From: Lama glama
Taxonomy: Eukaryota
Length of the DNA stretch: 64,000 nucleotides
Direction of reading: 5' to 3'
NCBI GenBank assembly: GCA_028534125.1
Contig: CM052818.1
Coordinates: 28,832,001 to 28,896,000 of the forward strand
The position numbers were made by a program, and so were the translations under genes. Shown one piece after another: positions 1 through 13,707 of this stretch; within the stretch, counting starts at the first letter, position 1, and the number at the start of each line of letters is the position of its first letter. A model generated the notes under the pieces. The model was not told the origin of the DNA. It ran no database searches and saw only the letters and a list, made by a program, of their open reading frames with translations.

Positions 1-2799
1 AGAATAATTTGCTTTAAGAGTTCCTTAGTGGATCTCCAAATACACATTTTGAGACTATACTGGTTACATTATTCAGGTGGATAAAATTATGTTTCATGTG
101 AAATTTTTGTTAGTGGTCAAAATAATGAACATAGCAAACCATGGATGCTCTTGTGTATTTTACCAGTCACTTTCTCATATATTCTTTTCTGTTAAGTCTC
201 ACCATCATTCTAAGCATTATTACTTTAGGTATACTAAATTGTTAAGTTAGTTGGGTGGAATTCAATAGCTGGAATCTTACCAATGTGTAGAATACCATAT
301 AGTAACTCCTACATGTTACTTTTTAAATTGTCTTTTCTAAGGTCACAGAGCTTAATATGTGGCAAAAGCAACCTTGAAACACCCTTGTCCTGTCCTCTTC
401 TAACTCTGCCAATGCACACCTTCTGTAATCAGTGGCCAACAAATTGTCTGATTTTTCCAAAAGCCTCTTCTAAAACCACATTAAAAAGAAATTAACCTTA
501 AAGGTGTAATAAGGTTAAGTACTGACCTTATGACTGAAGAGGCTTGTTCAAATGGCCAAGCCCACATGGCTCAGGGAGTTCAGGCACCAGGCAGATTTTC
601 TGTGAGAATCACAATGAATAAATATTTACCCCACATTTGGCCCAGTCCACTCCTGGACTGTTTCATTGCCTTTGACATCATTTTGCAGTATTTTCATCTC
701 TACTTACTTAATTTTAGAGAAGTAAAAATTTAGAAGCCTCATTTAAACCTCACACAGGGGCAAAAATACTTGTCATATGGATTTCTTTATTATTTTTGAC
801 CTATTCTAGGTATTCTAGCTAAGACTGTAGATCAGGCAAATTTATTTACCCATCAATGGAATAAGTGACTGGTTTTGTAAAATGACATAGATCATAAAAG
901 ATCAGTAAGTTGGCTGTTTCTATTTAGATTATCTTAGAAGGGCACTAATTTAAGTAAGCCTAACCCAAGCCTTACAGCTGGAAAGTTTCCATTTGCTAGT
1001 CATTTTAAGATTTCATTTTTAAGAATGAAATTTAGACTATGATATAAAAAAAGAAAAATCTCTTCTGTGTCAGTCTCACACAATCTGTATGTAGAGAGGC
1101 ATTTTGTTTCAGTTTTTTTCAGGAGAAACTTAACTGTTCTTCCTTTCTGTAACAAAGAACAGTAAAATATAATGGCAGAGGCAGCTCTTTTTTGTTTCAC
1201 TTAAGAACTACTGCATTTTAGAAACAGAAGGAAATAAAATATAAAAGCTATTCTTAATTCTGTCTTTCATTGTTGAACAAAAACAGGGAAAAGATGATTC
1301 TGATGTTACTAATGAAAAAATTGTTAGGGAAAAGAGACTGTAAAAGTGAAGATGAAGGAGTATTTGTGATTTCCTTAAACTGTTCTAAAGTAAAAGAAAA
1401 AATAAGGTTTCATTTAAGGTAGGAAAATTATAATCTTCCTCCTATAACTATTTCAGGTTTTTAGAAAATGGAAAAAATTAGTGAACTCATTGTTACACCA
1501 ATGTCCAAAAGATAACCAGAATGACAGTGATCCAGAATGTGCCTACTTCTGAATAATCTCCTATTTAAAAAGGGGCAACATGAATCTTCAGGAAATCACG
1601 AATTTCCATCTTTGAGCTTAAAGAACAATGATGGAAAAAGCCAGGCTTAAAAAAAAAAACTTATCCCTAAAAGTGAAGGAAATGTCTAATTAAGAGATCG
1701 CTTCATTATTGGAGCTCCTTAGAAATGCTTTTTGCTATTAAATGCTACTTTTCCTTCACAAATGGTTTAAAAGTCCTATGTAAGATGTATGAAGTCATCC
1801 TTAGAAATGACTGTATCCACAGGAAAATTAGAAGCATACAGCAGTCATAATAGATCAGGAAGGCTTCATGAAGGGAACAAAAGCAGCTCAGCAGGAAATA
1901 GACACTTGAAAACAGCAATTTAAAGTTTACAGGCATAGGCTGAAGCTTTTAAGAGGTACTTTCATTCTTTGTGTGCTGTTAATCCTTTATTAGGCCATAG
2001 AAATGCATTGCACTGAAGAAGCAGTTTCCCCAGTTAAGCAAACATAATTTTTTTTTCCTCACCAAGTCAGTTAAATGGACAGTTTTTCCTATGTAAATAT
2101 TTGGGAACAATTAACTAGCCTTTTTATTAAGGACTTTTAATAGAATGGCTTCCTTACTTCTAGGACCAACTGCAGATATATCAACTCAGTGCAAGAGTAT
2201 TGAGGAGAATACAGAAGAAAGGTCTTGGGCAACAGCATGCAGAGGGGCAAGAAATGAGAAAGAAACTAAAAGTAGGGGTTGGTGGCTGGAATTGGAGAAT
2301 GGCTTGGAAGAGCATCTTTCAGAATACATAGCAGTGAGGATAGAGAGAAAAGGCTTGGTGAGGTTCTGAGCTGGTTGAGGAGAAGCTGCTCAGTAGAGAG
2401 TGCACATTCCTTTGTTGGAGGACAACTCTGGAACCCTGTGAGTGGCTGGATGGCTCACTAGCCAGACCCTAAGCCCTTCGTGGCTTCTAAGAGCAAACTA
2501 GAAATCTGAGGAAGGATAGGGATGAGTTGAGAGTATTCCTTTCCCAGCCACAATATGAACTTTGTGGCTTTGACTTGGTCTTTCTGAAACACCCTCTTCC
2601 AAAATTCTCTCTCTGACTATCCCTCAGGGACCTTCACTCCTGTATCCAACATCACTGTGCTCACTTGACCCTCTAGAATTTCTCTGTAATTATAGGAAAT
2701 ACTGAAAGCATGGTCAAGATTTGTGATAGGAGTACCTAGAAAGCTGTTGACACTTTTTCTCCTGCCCTACTACTCAATTTCTCCCTATGCCCTATTTTT

Positions 2800-3145
2800 C
2801 TCAGCTGTTGATGGCATTCTCTTCCTGTTCTACTCAGCCTCTTAGTAGCCTTTCCTTCTATTCCTTGTCAAAACCCAACTCATTTTTCAAAATTCAGTTC
2901 AAATTCTACCACTTTTTTGTCTTTTCAGTCACAATGAATAGCTTCCTTCTCTGTGTTCCTCTCTCAATTGGTACCTCTATTTTGGAATATAATACCTTAT
3001 ATATTGAATTTAATTTCTTTGTACAGATGTCATCTGTCCTATTGGGCTGCAGACTTCTTGGGAGCAAGGTCCATACACTGTTCATGACCATGGACTTCAT
3101 AATATCTAGCACAGTGCCACACACAGTATGTGTTCAACATATTTT
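2800..3145 (+). mobile_element. LINE-2 (L2) 3' end fragment
   Basis: Ends in a typical L2 3' terminus (...atatctagcacagtgccacacacagtatgtgttcaacatattt); resembles recalled consensus. Confidence 0.7.
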
Positions 3146-3704
3146 CATAGCCTGATAAAAACTTAAAATATAATTCTTTCCCAAGAGTGTTTTAATTTTA
3201 ATGTGAGAATTTGCAAAAGATGCAGTACCTTTGTGATCTAAAGGACTAAACTTCAGTGAAACTTCCAAAATGTGGGGGATAAATTCTGCTAGGAACCTTG
3301 TCTGGTGTTCTCCAAATCCTACCACATAAGGTTTTGTTTTTGTTTTTGTTTTTGTGTTTTGCAATAGTCTTAGCTGTAGTGACTCATGGCATATTTTGAG
3401 CACCAGCATTATTTTGCAAATAATTCTTTTGATGTATTCAGTGTAACTAATCATAACCATATGTATTCGTCAATGATCAGGCTCCCTTAATGACTGATCA
3501 GCCACGTAGTAGTTCCAAGTCAAAACATAGAATGAATTCCTCTGGGTATTTTCTTACAGTGGTAATGTGTGGTTCAGTTTGCTTATATTAAAAACAAATT
3601 AACAAAAACAAAACAATCTCTCAGTGGTAGTGATAGTAATCAGAATAACAAGTTTGTAAACGTGGCTCTTCCCCTACTAGCTGGGAGACTTGTGCATTGG
3701 TTCC

Positions 3705-3870
3705 ATTTATTCATTTATTTAATTAATATTTATTGAGCTCTCACTAAATTCCTGGCACTGGATTAGGGCTTTGAGATGTAATAGTAAAATGTGAGGGCAT
3801 GGCTATTTCTAGAACTGTTCTGGTAGAACAGTGAACTTCGATAGGTGGATATAACAAAATTACACAAATT
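3705..3870 (-). mobile_element. LINE-2 3' end fragment
   Basis: catttattcatttatttaattaatatttattgagctctcactaaattcctggcactg is the reverse complement of an L2 tail. Confidence 0.7.
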
Positions 3871-4049
3871 ATATAAATATTTTAATCTTGGAAAAATAGT
3901 GATTTTAGTTACCTGAGGACAAATTTTAATATCAGTGCCCTATTCATCACTGTTCATCCCTCTCTATCTTAATATTCTGTAAATGTATACATCTTATGTT
4001 CTTTTATGAAAAATCTGACATGTATTGACCATTTTAATGTTTTAGGTAT

Positions 4050-4451
4050 CATAGTAGGTTGAAGGGTGGCCCCCCAAAAGATGTGCCATGTTCCAGAACT
4101 TGTAAATGTGATCTTATTTTGAAATAAGATCATTGCATATGTAATGAAGTTAAGGATCTCAAGATGAGATAATTCTGAATTACTCAAGATGGGTTCTAAA
4201 TTCAGTCACAAATGTCTCCATAGGAGACAAGAGGCAAAGATGCATAGAGTGGGAGACCATGTGAAGATGGAGGTAGCAGTGGAGTATTGTAGCCACAAGC
4301 CAAGGAGTACCTGGAGCCACCAGAACCTGGAAGTCCTAGAGCCTCTAGAGGGGGCACAACCCTGCTGGCACTTCTAGCCTACGGAACTGTGAAAGAGTAA
4401 ATTTATGTTGTTTAAGACACTCAGTTGTGGTTACCCTGGGTATTTAATACA
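4050..4451 (+). mobile_element. MaLR solo LTR, MLT1B/C-like
   Basis: gttgaagggtggccccccaaaagat start; gccacaagccaagga..ggagccaccagaa core; ends taataca. Confidence 0.85.
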
Positions 4452-4489
4452 GGCCCCTTCATAGATATTTTAAGTATACTACTATATTT

Positions 4490-4642
4490 AATCCTGTCTT
4501 GATACTTTCTGGATGAAATTAGTCCTAAAATTGAGAAAAGGACAAAACCCTAGAGAGGTGGAGAGGTTTCTCATATTCTCATAATGAGACTTGAGTAAAC
4601 TCCTTTCTGTCTGGCTCCAAAGCCTATACCCTTTCTACTACC
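4490..4642 (-). mobile_element. MIR SINE fragment
   Basis: ctgtctggctccaaagcctataccctttctactac resembles the reverse complement of the MIR 5' end. Confidence 0.5.
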
Positions 4643-6660
4643 CTAGATACATTCTCATCAGGGCAGGAATTAATAATAATCTCAGATGGATTGTATTGTC
4701 CATAACACATTCTTCATCAGTCATTTCATGGCGCCTGCCAGTATATTCTGGACACCAAACATTCACGTAAAGGCAAGGCTCTGAGTTCATTCTACCTATA
4801 CTATGTTATTCTATTTTAACTTACTCAATTTCATCTCAGAATTTCTTTTTAAAATAAAAAATGTTTTCTTCATTGATTTTTATTATTTTTCAGGCACAAT
4901 TCCCATCCCTTCTTTTCTCTTCAAGCTCATAAAAACGTAAATGTCCTATCATAAGCAGATAATGTAGTCTTTGCTGTAGTGTATACTTCAGTCTTTCTGT
5001 TCATGTGTGATAATTACATATTTTCCTTGAATGTTAAAATAGCACTTTCTTCTTGGTGACTGTATACAATATATAATCTTGTTTTAAAGTTGTTTTCTTT
5101 TTTTCAAGTGAGCTGTTTTCTAATCCTGAAAGCATAGTAGATCAAGTAATATTTTCTCTCTCTCAGGAACATAAAATTCTTCTAGGTTTAAAAAAATTCT
5201 AAATAAAAGGTGTTATCCTTTAAATAAACTCTCACATGTGACATTACTGTCTAATAGAAGTGAATATACCCCATTGCTGAGAAGGCATTTATAGTAACAT
5301 TTAATGGAAAGGAATGCTTTGTATTTAAAGTAGTTGGTTGTCATTGATTTCTGATCTTGTCTACAAAAGATTTTATCCCAGTAGGGAATTATTTGTAGTG
5401 TTTAAAATTATATTGCCTTAACCTTAATTTATCCAAGATTTAAAGCAGGTCTGTTAGCCTGACACGTATTGCCAATGTCCTTTGCTGATTATATCCCATT
5501 GTTTGGATTCTTCTCAAGTCTTCTCTGATTCATAAAGCTGCTCACCATAGCACTGGGGATTATTATTGAAGAGGTAACTTTTGACTAAGTTAAATGGAGG
5601 CAAAGGGAGTTTCTAACCTACTTATATTGCTTACAGAGGAATAATTAAATTGTGGGATAAGAAATTTCAGTGACTTCATAAAAAAATCAATGATCGAGAA
5701 TAACTGGCTTGGAAGAAGACACAGTTGCAATGCAGAAAACATTTTAAAAATGGAAAGGAAAACAATTACCAAACTATGGCATGATTTGTGATTGGTTTTT
5801 CCAGGTGTAAGGATGAATTTACTGAGTTATTTTTCTAGGTTCTACTTTTAGTCAACAATTCAAATAACTTAAAAGGCCATAGAGAGACAAGGAGGGTTCT
5901 TGAGATCATGTAGACCACATACCTCTGAATTTCATAGACATCAGCCATCAGAGTTAAAGATAGTGAAGATGGGATCCATACTTCACTGGCAGGGTGGTCA
6001 AACTGATCTGGGTAGACAAAGAGGTTTTGTTTTAAATTGCCAGATCTGTGTTTTTCCTTCCTCTTTTGAGAGCTTTTGAGTAGACTTCATTCCTCTAAAT
6101 AAGATACATCATTTTGATTTTCCTGCTATGTCGACACTAGAGTTGAATGGAGTTCATAAATTAGACCTCTAATGGCAGATAACAGATGGGTTTCGTTAAA
6201 GCTCTCAGAACTTTACCTTTACTCCTTCACTTTTACATGGCTATCCATGCCTAGCTAAGGTGAATTTTGGATTACTTAGCATTTGTACAATTTTATTATT
6301 TTTTTTTCATTAAATGCCAAGTAGGCCAAGAAATATTGGAGACTTAGAATAGTTTCATCCACTTTTTGCCTAAACTGTTTCATGGACCCCTGCCCAAGCC
6401 ACACTGGCTAGTCTGTTTTCTGGCTCACCTCACTTGTAAAGTTTTGGGGTATTGCTGATCTTGGTGGTGCTGTTGGAAGGAGTCATTGTACTTTAGTAGT
6501 TGTTTTAAACTGCTTGGGAATTGCTTCATGCAAAGGATGAAAGGGGAAACAGATCCAATTATAACAAGGAAAGACTCTTCTGGTAATCATTCTTTTGGTT
6601 CCTAATTGCTTGACAGTTCATGAAGCCCATCTAGGACATTGGAGTCTGAATGACTCCTTT

Positions 6661-6710
6661 TATCTCTCTCTCTATCTATATATTTGTATCTATATCTATA
6701 TATAGATATA
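6661..6710. repeat. Compound (TC)n/(TA)n microsatellite
   Basis: tatctctctctctatctatatatttgtatctatatctatatatagatata seen directly. Confidence 0.8.
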
Positions 6711-7820
6711 TCCTCTTGAGGGTTGAATGACATTTTCATGGTGTATACCAAAGGTATGGAAATGAAATCAGTTTTCCCTTGTGGGGAAGAATATTTTATC
6801 GTTGACATTGTTTAGAATTTTGGATATGTAGTGATTATGAAAAGGAAGCCAATTTTAGTTGATATTATTTCTGTTTTTTTCTCTAAATATGACAGTACCC
6901 TCACAGTTGGTATGCTACTGGTGAGTTATGTAAACATAGAGAAAAGATATATCTGATCTCTTTAAGTAGCATATTTATTTAAAGCTAGAGACTGGAGCAC
7001 ATTATATTTATAACATATTTTAATGTGCAGTGACTAAATTTGTATGTGTGTTTTAGGTTTGCTCAAACAGACATTGAGACTCACATAGATCATTTTTGGC
7101 ATCAACCTAACAAAAAGAATATAGGAAAGAAACTATATCTTGCTAACAGAGCAAAGTTAGACATTTCTCTTCTATAGGAGTCCTTGCAGTATTTCATGCA
7201 GCCAACAGAAGTTATCTCCTTCCAGGTGATAGCTTAGGTACAAGGAAATGAGATTCACATTAAATAAGTGCCAGAGCCTCCCTTAGTTAAAAGTCTCATG
7301 TTCCACAAGAACCAAAATATCTTGTGTTACCTCCATAAGCATTGCTTCCTGGGGCAATTAAAGAGCCACGTCTGGATGTAAGAGTCATTATTCTCAGGGA
7401 AACCCAAAGCATGTGTCTTCATGAAGTCTTGCCATCAGGAATGATTTTTCTTTATGGTTCCTCTCAGTCCAGATGAGGTCTACCAATCAGGAATCATTTT
7501 GGCCATAATCAGTATTGCCTTGTGACAGAGTTGACATAGTATCCTTATCTGGTCCCTAGGGAAACAAAGCTAGAGAGTTAATCAAAATATCAAATTCTCA
7601 TGAAGTAGGGGAAGGAGTTTTGTTAAATCATTGCCCATATTGGGTCATAGAGAGTCAAATTTGGCCACCCAAGTCAATGAACATGCCTTATTAAAATGGT
7701 AATTTATTTTCTTAATTGGATAATTACCTTTTGTTAGACTCAGCTTAGAGACAATAGACAAAAATATATTTTATTTATTCACATATTGTCTTTCATTCCT
7801 ATTCTACAACCTTATTTTTT

Positions 7821-7846
7821 TAAACATTTTTATTGAGTTATAGTCA
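7821..7846 (-). mobile_element. Extremely 5'-truncated young L1 insertion (terminal ~26 nt only)
   Basis: Perfect 16-bp TSD tacaaccttatttttt at 7805-7820 and 7847-7862; insert reverse complement tgactataactcaataaaaatgttta resembles the L1 terminus near 15389-15415. Confidence 0.85.
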
Positions 7847-9209
7847 TACAACCTTATTTTTTCACTATACATAATTGATTTTATTCTCAGTGCTTCCCAA
7901 ATATTTTATATGTACCAAAATAGTATTTTTCTTTTAGTGAATACAATGTATACTTCTCAGAATACATCAGAATGATTCATTGGGGGTTGTTTGTTTTCCT
8001 ATCCTGTAACTATCTTAAGAGTTGAATCATGATGATAAAAATACAAGATTAGTCCTTAATACAGAGCCCTAAAATCAAACTGCAAATATCCAATGCTTTA
8101 GGTGTATGGACCTATCCTAGGAGTGTTGAAGTTTGCACATGCACTTTATAAAATGATGGTGTTTCTTGTAAATATTGTTAAGGCAAATATTTTATTTCAG
8201 CCTGTTATAAGGAAGAAAAGATTGTGGAATATTTTCCTTTGTTTTCCTTCCTACTAGAAGAAATAGAAATTCTTGCATTCCTTTCATTTACGAGTGAATA
8301 TAGCCTTGGGATTCATGGACTCCAGAATAGCATGTAAGCACAGTGTGATGATCCTCCCAGGAAGGCCAGCACTTATCAAACACCTGTTATTGGATCTCTG
8401 TAATTTTGACCCTGTAATTCTAAAGATTTAAGAAATTTAGATATGCACATGCTAAGAACATTAAAATATGGTATAAAAACCAGAAGAATAGGGATTATTT
8501 TGTCTGAGACAGAGAAAAAGTAACCAACTGGACATGTACAAATCTGAACATTTCTAACTTTTATAATTTACTAAAATCTATAATGAAGTGTGTGCTATGT
8601 TCTCTATCTAGAGAACAATTATCTTATATGTTCCTTATTGTATTAAAAGCAGACCTAGGGTGCATTCTTGGAAGTGAGGTAAACAGTTATAAAATTTGTT
8701 CATTATGCTTTCTGAATACTGCTTTCTTTTTGGGTTAACTGTGTGCATGTTAACACTTGTATTGACAAATGACGTTTAGTGGAAGGAGATAAATTCAAAT
8801 CATAATGGAAATGTTTTTCCATAACTAGACAACCAACTATTAGAAAATGATACAGGATAGCATATAATTTATTGTGAAGATGTGGTAAAACTGGTATAAA
8901 ATGTATGGCATCAACAAGCATCTTAGGAAGCTCTGTTCTTTAAATTGACCTGTTCCATCTCTGGGAATGAGTAAGTAAAGGAACTATGATATGTGTCATG
9001 AAATACAACATACCATTGAGTTGTGTGATGGAAGTCTCCCTACCAGGAATTGGATATTAAAAATTGTATTTATAGAGGATGGTAATGTTGTCTCCATTGC
9101 TCATGTAGAAAATGCTCCATTTGTACAAAATACTAAAATCCTTTCATTTACCTGATTTTATCTGATTAATTTTTTCTTCTATGGCCATTTGAGTTCTGAA
9201 CATTTTCTG

Positions 9210-9358
9210 TATTTATTTAATCATTTTCTTTAGTAATTCTGCTAACATTTATTGCCTACCTATTATGTGTGAGACATCATTTTTAAGACTTGATAGTTTG
9301 AGGGATAGGAGAAGGATGAATACTTGCCATATCCCCACTCCCAGGAATTTTTTATCTA
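9210..9358 (-). mobile_element. LINE-2 3' end fragment
   Basis: aacatttattgcctacctattatgtgtgagacat is a reverse-complement L2 tail. Confidence 0.6.
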
Positions 9359-9814
9359 CCTTCATTTGTATGCATACATACATGTCTGTATTTTGTCATT
9401 TAGAGTAAGAGGAGAGAGAGGGATAAATGAGGGAAATCGAATGAGATAAAGTCCAAACCAGTATAAATTGCTTTGGTTTAAAAATGAAGAAAGTAGTCCA
9501 ACAAGTGGACAATATTTTTGAATAAAATTCTCTAATCATAGAATTGTGGCCAGATTAAGAAAGGTTAACTCATTATACAAAATTAAATGGATTGTTTACT
9601 TCATGTTTTAAAATACCCAAAGAGAGGGGTTCATACTGCATTCTGACCAGAAGAAACAAATTTACTGAATGGATACTTTTTTTCCCTCTAACTTTAAACT
9701 TCTAAATATTTCTAAGAAGTAATTAGAAAAAGGTGTAGAGTTATTTGCAAATGCCTCAAAGATAGGAGAAAAAAAGGTAAACACAACACTTAGATTTCAA
9801 TTTGTTTCAGTAGG

Positions 9815-10126
9815 ACCTTTGTCATTATTCATATTTTAGCTTAAATGCTGCTTCTTCAGATAGGACATCACTTACTCCCAATCCAAATGACACTTGCTTC
9901 ATCATTGTCTATTATATTACCATATTATTCTGTTTTATTTTCTTTGTAGATACATAATCTCATATTATTACTTGTTTACTTGTGTATAATTTAACCTCCC
10001 AAATTTGGATATAAATTCTGTCAGAAGAGTAATTTTGTCAGTGATTTTCACCACTGTATTCTCAAGTGCCTGAGAAGTTTTCAGTAAATATTTGTTGAGG
10101 AAATAAATATGAATGAATAAATGAAT
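9815..10126 (+). mobile_element. LINE-2 (L2a-like) 3' end
   Basis: ttcaccactgtattctcaagtgcctg...cagtaaatatttgttga...(tgaa)n tail. Confidence 0.8.
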
Positions 10127-10339
10127 TTATAGCAAAAACATTGAAATCACGTTGAGATAATTTTAGCTCAAGTCCTGCATTAATTGCATATACACAGATA
10201 GAGGGAGCTTATGTTGACATTCTTTCAGCTGTCAAGTTTTAATTTAGGACTTGCTGTGTGAAGAACAAAAACCAAAGAACAATATTATGATTTTAATTGA
10301 TCTTAAGCCTAAAAGGAACCAATGGCTACTAATATGTGA

Positions 10340-10555
10340 ATGAGCACCATGAATTAAAATATTCTGTCTTGAATAAGGGAGATAATAGCCTCGTTATGTT
10401 TTGTACTAATCAGAAATTTTCTTAAGAATTGTGTTTAAATGAGGTCAGATAAACTATGCTGTGTTCAGAATATCACTGTCAGGATGATGAGGAATCTAGA
10501 AATCGACTAAATTTGGAGATGTTTTAGGGGATTAACCTGAAAAATTAGAAGACAG
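10340..10555 (+). mobile_element. CR1/L3 LINE fragment (end of RT region)
   Basis: gggagataatagcctc...aaactatgctgtgttcaga...caggatgatgaggaatctagaaa...attaacctgaaaaattagaagac is collinear with the recalled L3 consensus. Confidence 0.55.
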
Positions 10556-11082
10556 AGTTCAAAGCAATCACTGCTGCTGAAAAGTGACTGATGAATCCTG
10601 GAAACAAGAGAGCCAGAAAGAAGAAACTCCAAGTTTTGTGTATAAACTCTGTCCAAAGCTCTGGCTGACCCCTGAAATATGCATGTAAAGGGCAAACTAC
10701 AGGTAGGTTAGTTAAGGACAAATGATTTGAATTAAGATTTGAAAATGATGCTAACCAAGAGACAGAGTTTGCAGTTTGAGTTTAGCCAAGTAAACTATAA
10801 AAGCAAAAAAACAAACAAACAAACAAACAAAAACCCAACCAAAACAAAAAATCAACATTCTCCAGAGGAATATAACAGAATCTGGAGTCTCTGCAGCATA
10901 CCAGCCTGATACCAATAAGCAAGTATTTTAAAGCAGCTGTCATAACTGTGCTAAAGAACGTGAAGGAGAACATGATCACAGTAAAGTGAACATTAGAAAA
11001 TCTAAACAGAGAAATAGAGAAACTATAGAAAGAACCAAACAAATTCTAGAACTAACAAATAGTATATATTCAATAATGAAAC
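10556..11082 (+). mobile_element. Old L1 (L1M-type) 5'UTR/ORF1 fragment with (AAAC)n
   Basis: ctctggctgacccctgaa, agaggaatataacagaatc and aaatctaaacagagaaatagagaaactata motifs typical of old L1 5' regions. Confidence 0.65.
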
Positions 11083-11157
11083 AGTAATTTACTTTTAGAA
11101 TCTCTAGTTGCTTATTACTCACCTCACTGTTAAGAATTTAAAAATGTTTAAAAAATG

Positions 11158-11286
11158 TTTTTTTGTGGGGAGGGAGGTAATTAGGTCTATCTATTTACTT
11201 ATTTTTAGAGGAGGTAAGGGGGAGTGAACCCAGGACCTCATTCATGCTAAGCATGTGCTCTACCACTTGGACTATACCTTCTCCCC
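11158..11286 (-). mobile_element. Camelid tRNA-Ala-derived SINE (Vic-1 type)
   Basis: Reverse complement has tRNA-like head gtatagtccaagtggtagagcacatgcttagcatgaatgaggtcctgggttcactccc, then acctaattacctccc and an A tail. Confidence 0.9.
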
Positions 11287-12031
11287 AGAAATTTCGTGAT
11301 ATTTTGATTATATTTGGCTCAGTATTTGAGCAATGCTCAAATCTTGTCTTAGGATATTCCAGGTTTCTTAATTGATTCAGTATACTGCACAAATGGTAGT
11401 GCAAAACAGCAAATTAGTACCTGGCCAGTCACTCTTAATCACAATTTTTAATGTCTTTTATTGACTGTGTTAGAGAATATAGTTTAGGCCCAAAGAAAAG
11501 CAGAACCCTTCTTTTCCTCTAAGTCTTAATTTTAATAATCACTGTCCTTAAAACCTGATGTGATGGTAATTTATTTTGTGTGGTTTCTGTGTATGTGAAG
11601 AAAAATAGAATAGCTATATCCCAAGAGGGTACCCTCAGAGAGATTGTCACTTTGAAGGAGAATGAGTCTGCCTATCAGTAGAGGTGATCAGATCATAATT
11701 CTGAATCTGAACAGTTAGTGCAATAACTTCTCTCCCTTGTTGAATAGAGGAGGAAATGAATACAGAGGCAAAAGAGTTTTCTTTTTCCCACTACTAACAC
11801 CCACAGCTACTTGGGAAGTGAATTCTATGTCCACTTAGCTACTTTAACTCTTCTCTCTAAAGCCATCGGTGTCTACTTAATCTCTGAATCCGTTGTCTTG
11901 TCTAAGTTCTCTACTGGCTTTCATGGCACATTAGTGTTTCTCCTTTTTCCTTAGATGTTGTTTCACTATATGCCTTAGCAGTGTTGTCTTCCCTGCCACC
12001 AAATGTAGGCTATAGCCTTGGATTGGTATTT

Positions 12032-12083
12032 TTTAATTTGAAGTATAGTAGTTGTGTTAATTTCTGGTGTACAACACAGTGAT

Positions 12084-12131
<48 letters not shown>

Positions 12132-12185
12132 CTTTTCATAATAAGCTATTACAAGATATTGAATATAGTTCCTTTGCTCTACAGT
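12032..12185 (-). mobile_element. L1 3' end fragment containing (TA)20
   Basis: L1 tail sequence; degenerate TSD cttggattggtattt (12017-12031) / cttagactgatattt (12186-12200). Confidence 0.85.
12089..12128. repeat. (TA)20 microsatellite
   Basis: Uninterrupted TA run seen directly. Confidence 0.95.
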
Positions 12186-12399
12186 CTTAGACTGATATTT
12201 AATCTTTGTTTTTGGCTTAAAGTTATTACCTAAGAAGGCTTATATATTGCTTTCTTTCATTCATTTTCAGGGTTCCAACTAACCTTCCTAAGTGAATGGT
12301 TTGAAAAATAGAAATCTCTTCTTGGCTCTCCTGATTTTCTTTAAATTTTTTTGTTCCTTCTTGATCTCCTTTGATGTCCATCTCTGAGTGGGTCTCTTA

Positions 12400-12620
12400 C
12401 TTTACTGTGTTTAGAGCATCTTATTTACCTTCATAAAACTTTACTCAATTTTTAATACACATTATCTTTATATATTTTTGTCTATCACCCCTACTCTAAC
12501 TAGATTATTAGCACCATAATGTCATAGACAATGATTTGTCTTTTTACTCCATCTCCAACACAATGTCAGATACTCTATTAGAGGCTCAGTTATTAGTTGT
12601 TAAGAATATAAATAAATGAA
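12400..12620 (+). mobile_element. LINE-2 3' end fragment
   Basis: Decayed L2 terminus ending gaggctcagttattagttgttaagaatataaataaatgaa. Confidence 0.6.
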
Positions 12621-13707
12621 TACACAAAGTATTTTAACTTGAATATCTCTTCTAGTAGATAATGAGTTTTTTGAGGAATATATGGTGTTTTATTTTTCTT
12701 TATATACCTATTTTTTATTATCATGCTGATACTTATCACATACTATACTTATTGTTAAACTAAAAATTATGAGATAAAAGTATGTATGTGAAGAGGGAAG
12801 GAGAGAGTAATCTGGGAAATGGTGAAAGAGACAATTTTGCAAAGAATCTGCAACTGCTTAAAGGCGGTTTTACGTTATTCTGAGCGAAGGGAACAGGGAT
12901 TCAGGCAAATTGATTAAGGTATATTCACGTTTTTACTCATCATAAGTATGGCAAATCTCCTTTTTAACATACTGTTTTACATATTTTTCTCATAAAAAGG
13001 TAGAATTACTTATACTTAAAATTACATGGTAATGAGTACCTCATACCTACAATTAACAAAAATAGATGGAAATGTAACTTGTGAATTAGAGGGAAGCTGA
13101 GGGTGGTAGGGTGTGGTGGTATACGTAAGTACTATTTGGTAAGTTCATTTCATTTCTGGGAATGTGGCCAAATGGGCCTTGTGATCTTTCTTTTTTAGAT
13201 CAACTTTTCAAAAAGACAGTATTAAAGTATATTAAATCCATCACACAATTCAGTAATATTTACATGTAAAAAAGCAAATTTTAAATCAGAAATAAGGTTA
13301 TCAGTAAACAAAGGAGTATAAAAGTTGAATTTGATCATTTAAAGGCAGAAGATTCTTTTTCCCATTTCCTTAAACAATATTCTGGATCTTTATACCATGA
13401 ATGAATTTAAATCAATCAAATGTCATTTGTACTCTCTATGAATCTTAAAACTCTTATAGGAAACTGGATAGAAATGTTTAGCCCTGTGGTTCAGGAGAAC
13501 ATACTGTCCATGAAGCCTGACTGGGCATCTGTCTTTGGTATCTCTTGCTGTAAGTTCTCAGTTCTCAGGTCCTGTCCTGGCATGACATGTCTCTGTCTTC
13601 GGTCAGCTGGCTATAATGATTTTATTTTCTGTAGCCCCTGTTTTTGGTGTACAGTTGTGATCAGGGGTTTTGTCTTTACCAGATACAATGGCCAGCTCCA
13701 TCACCCA

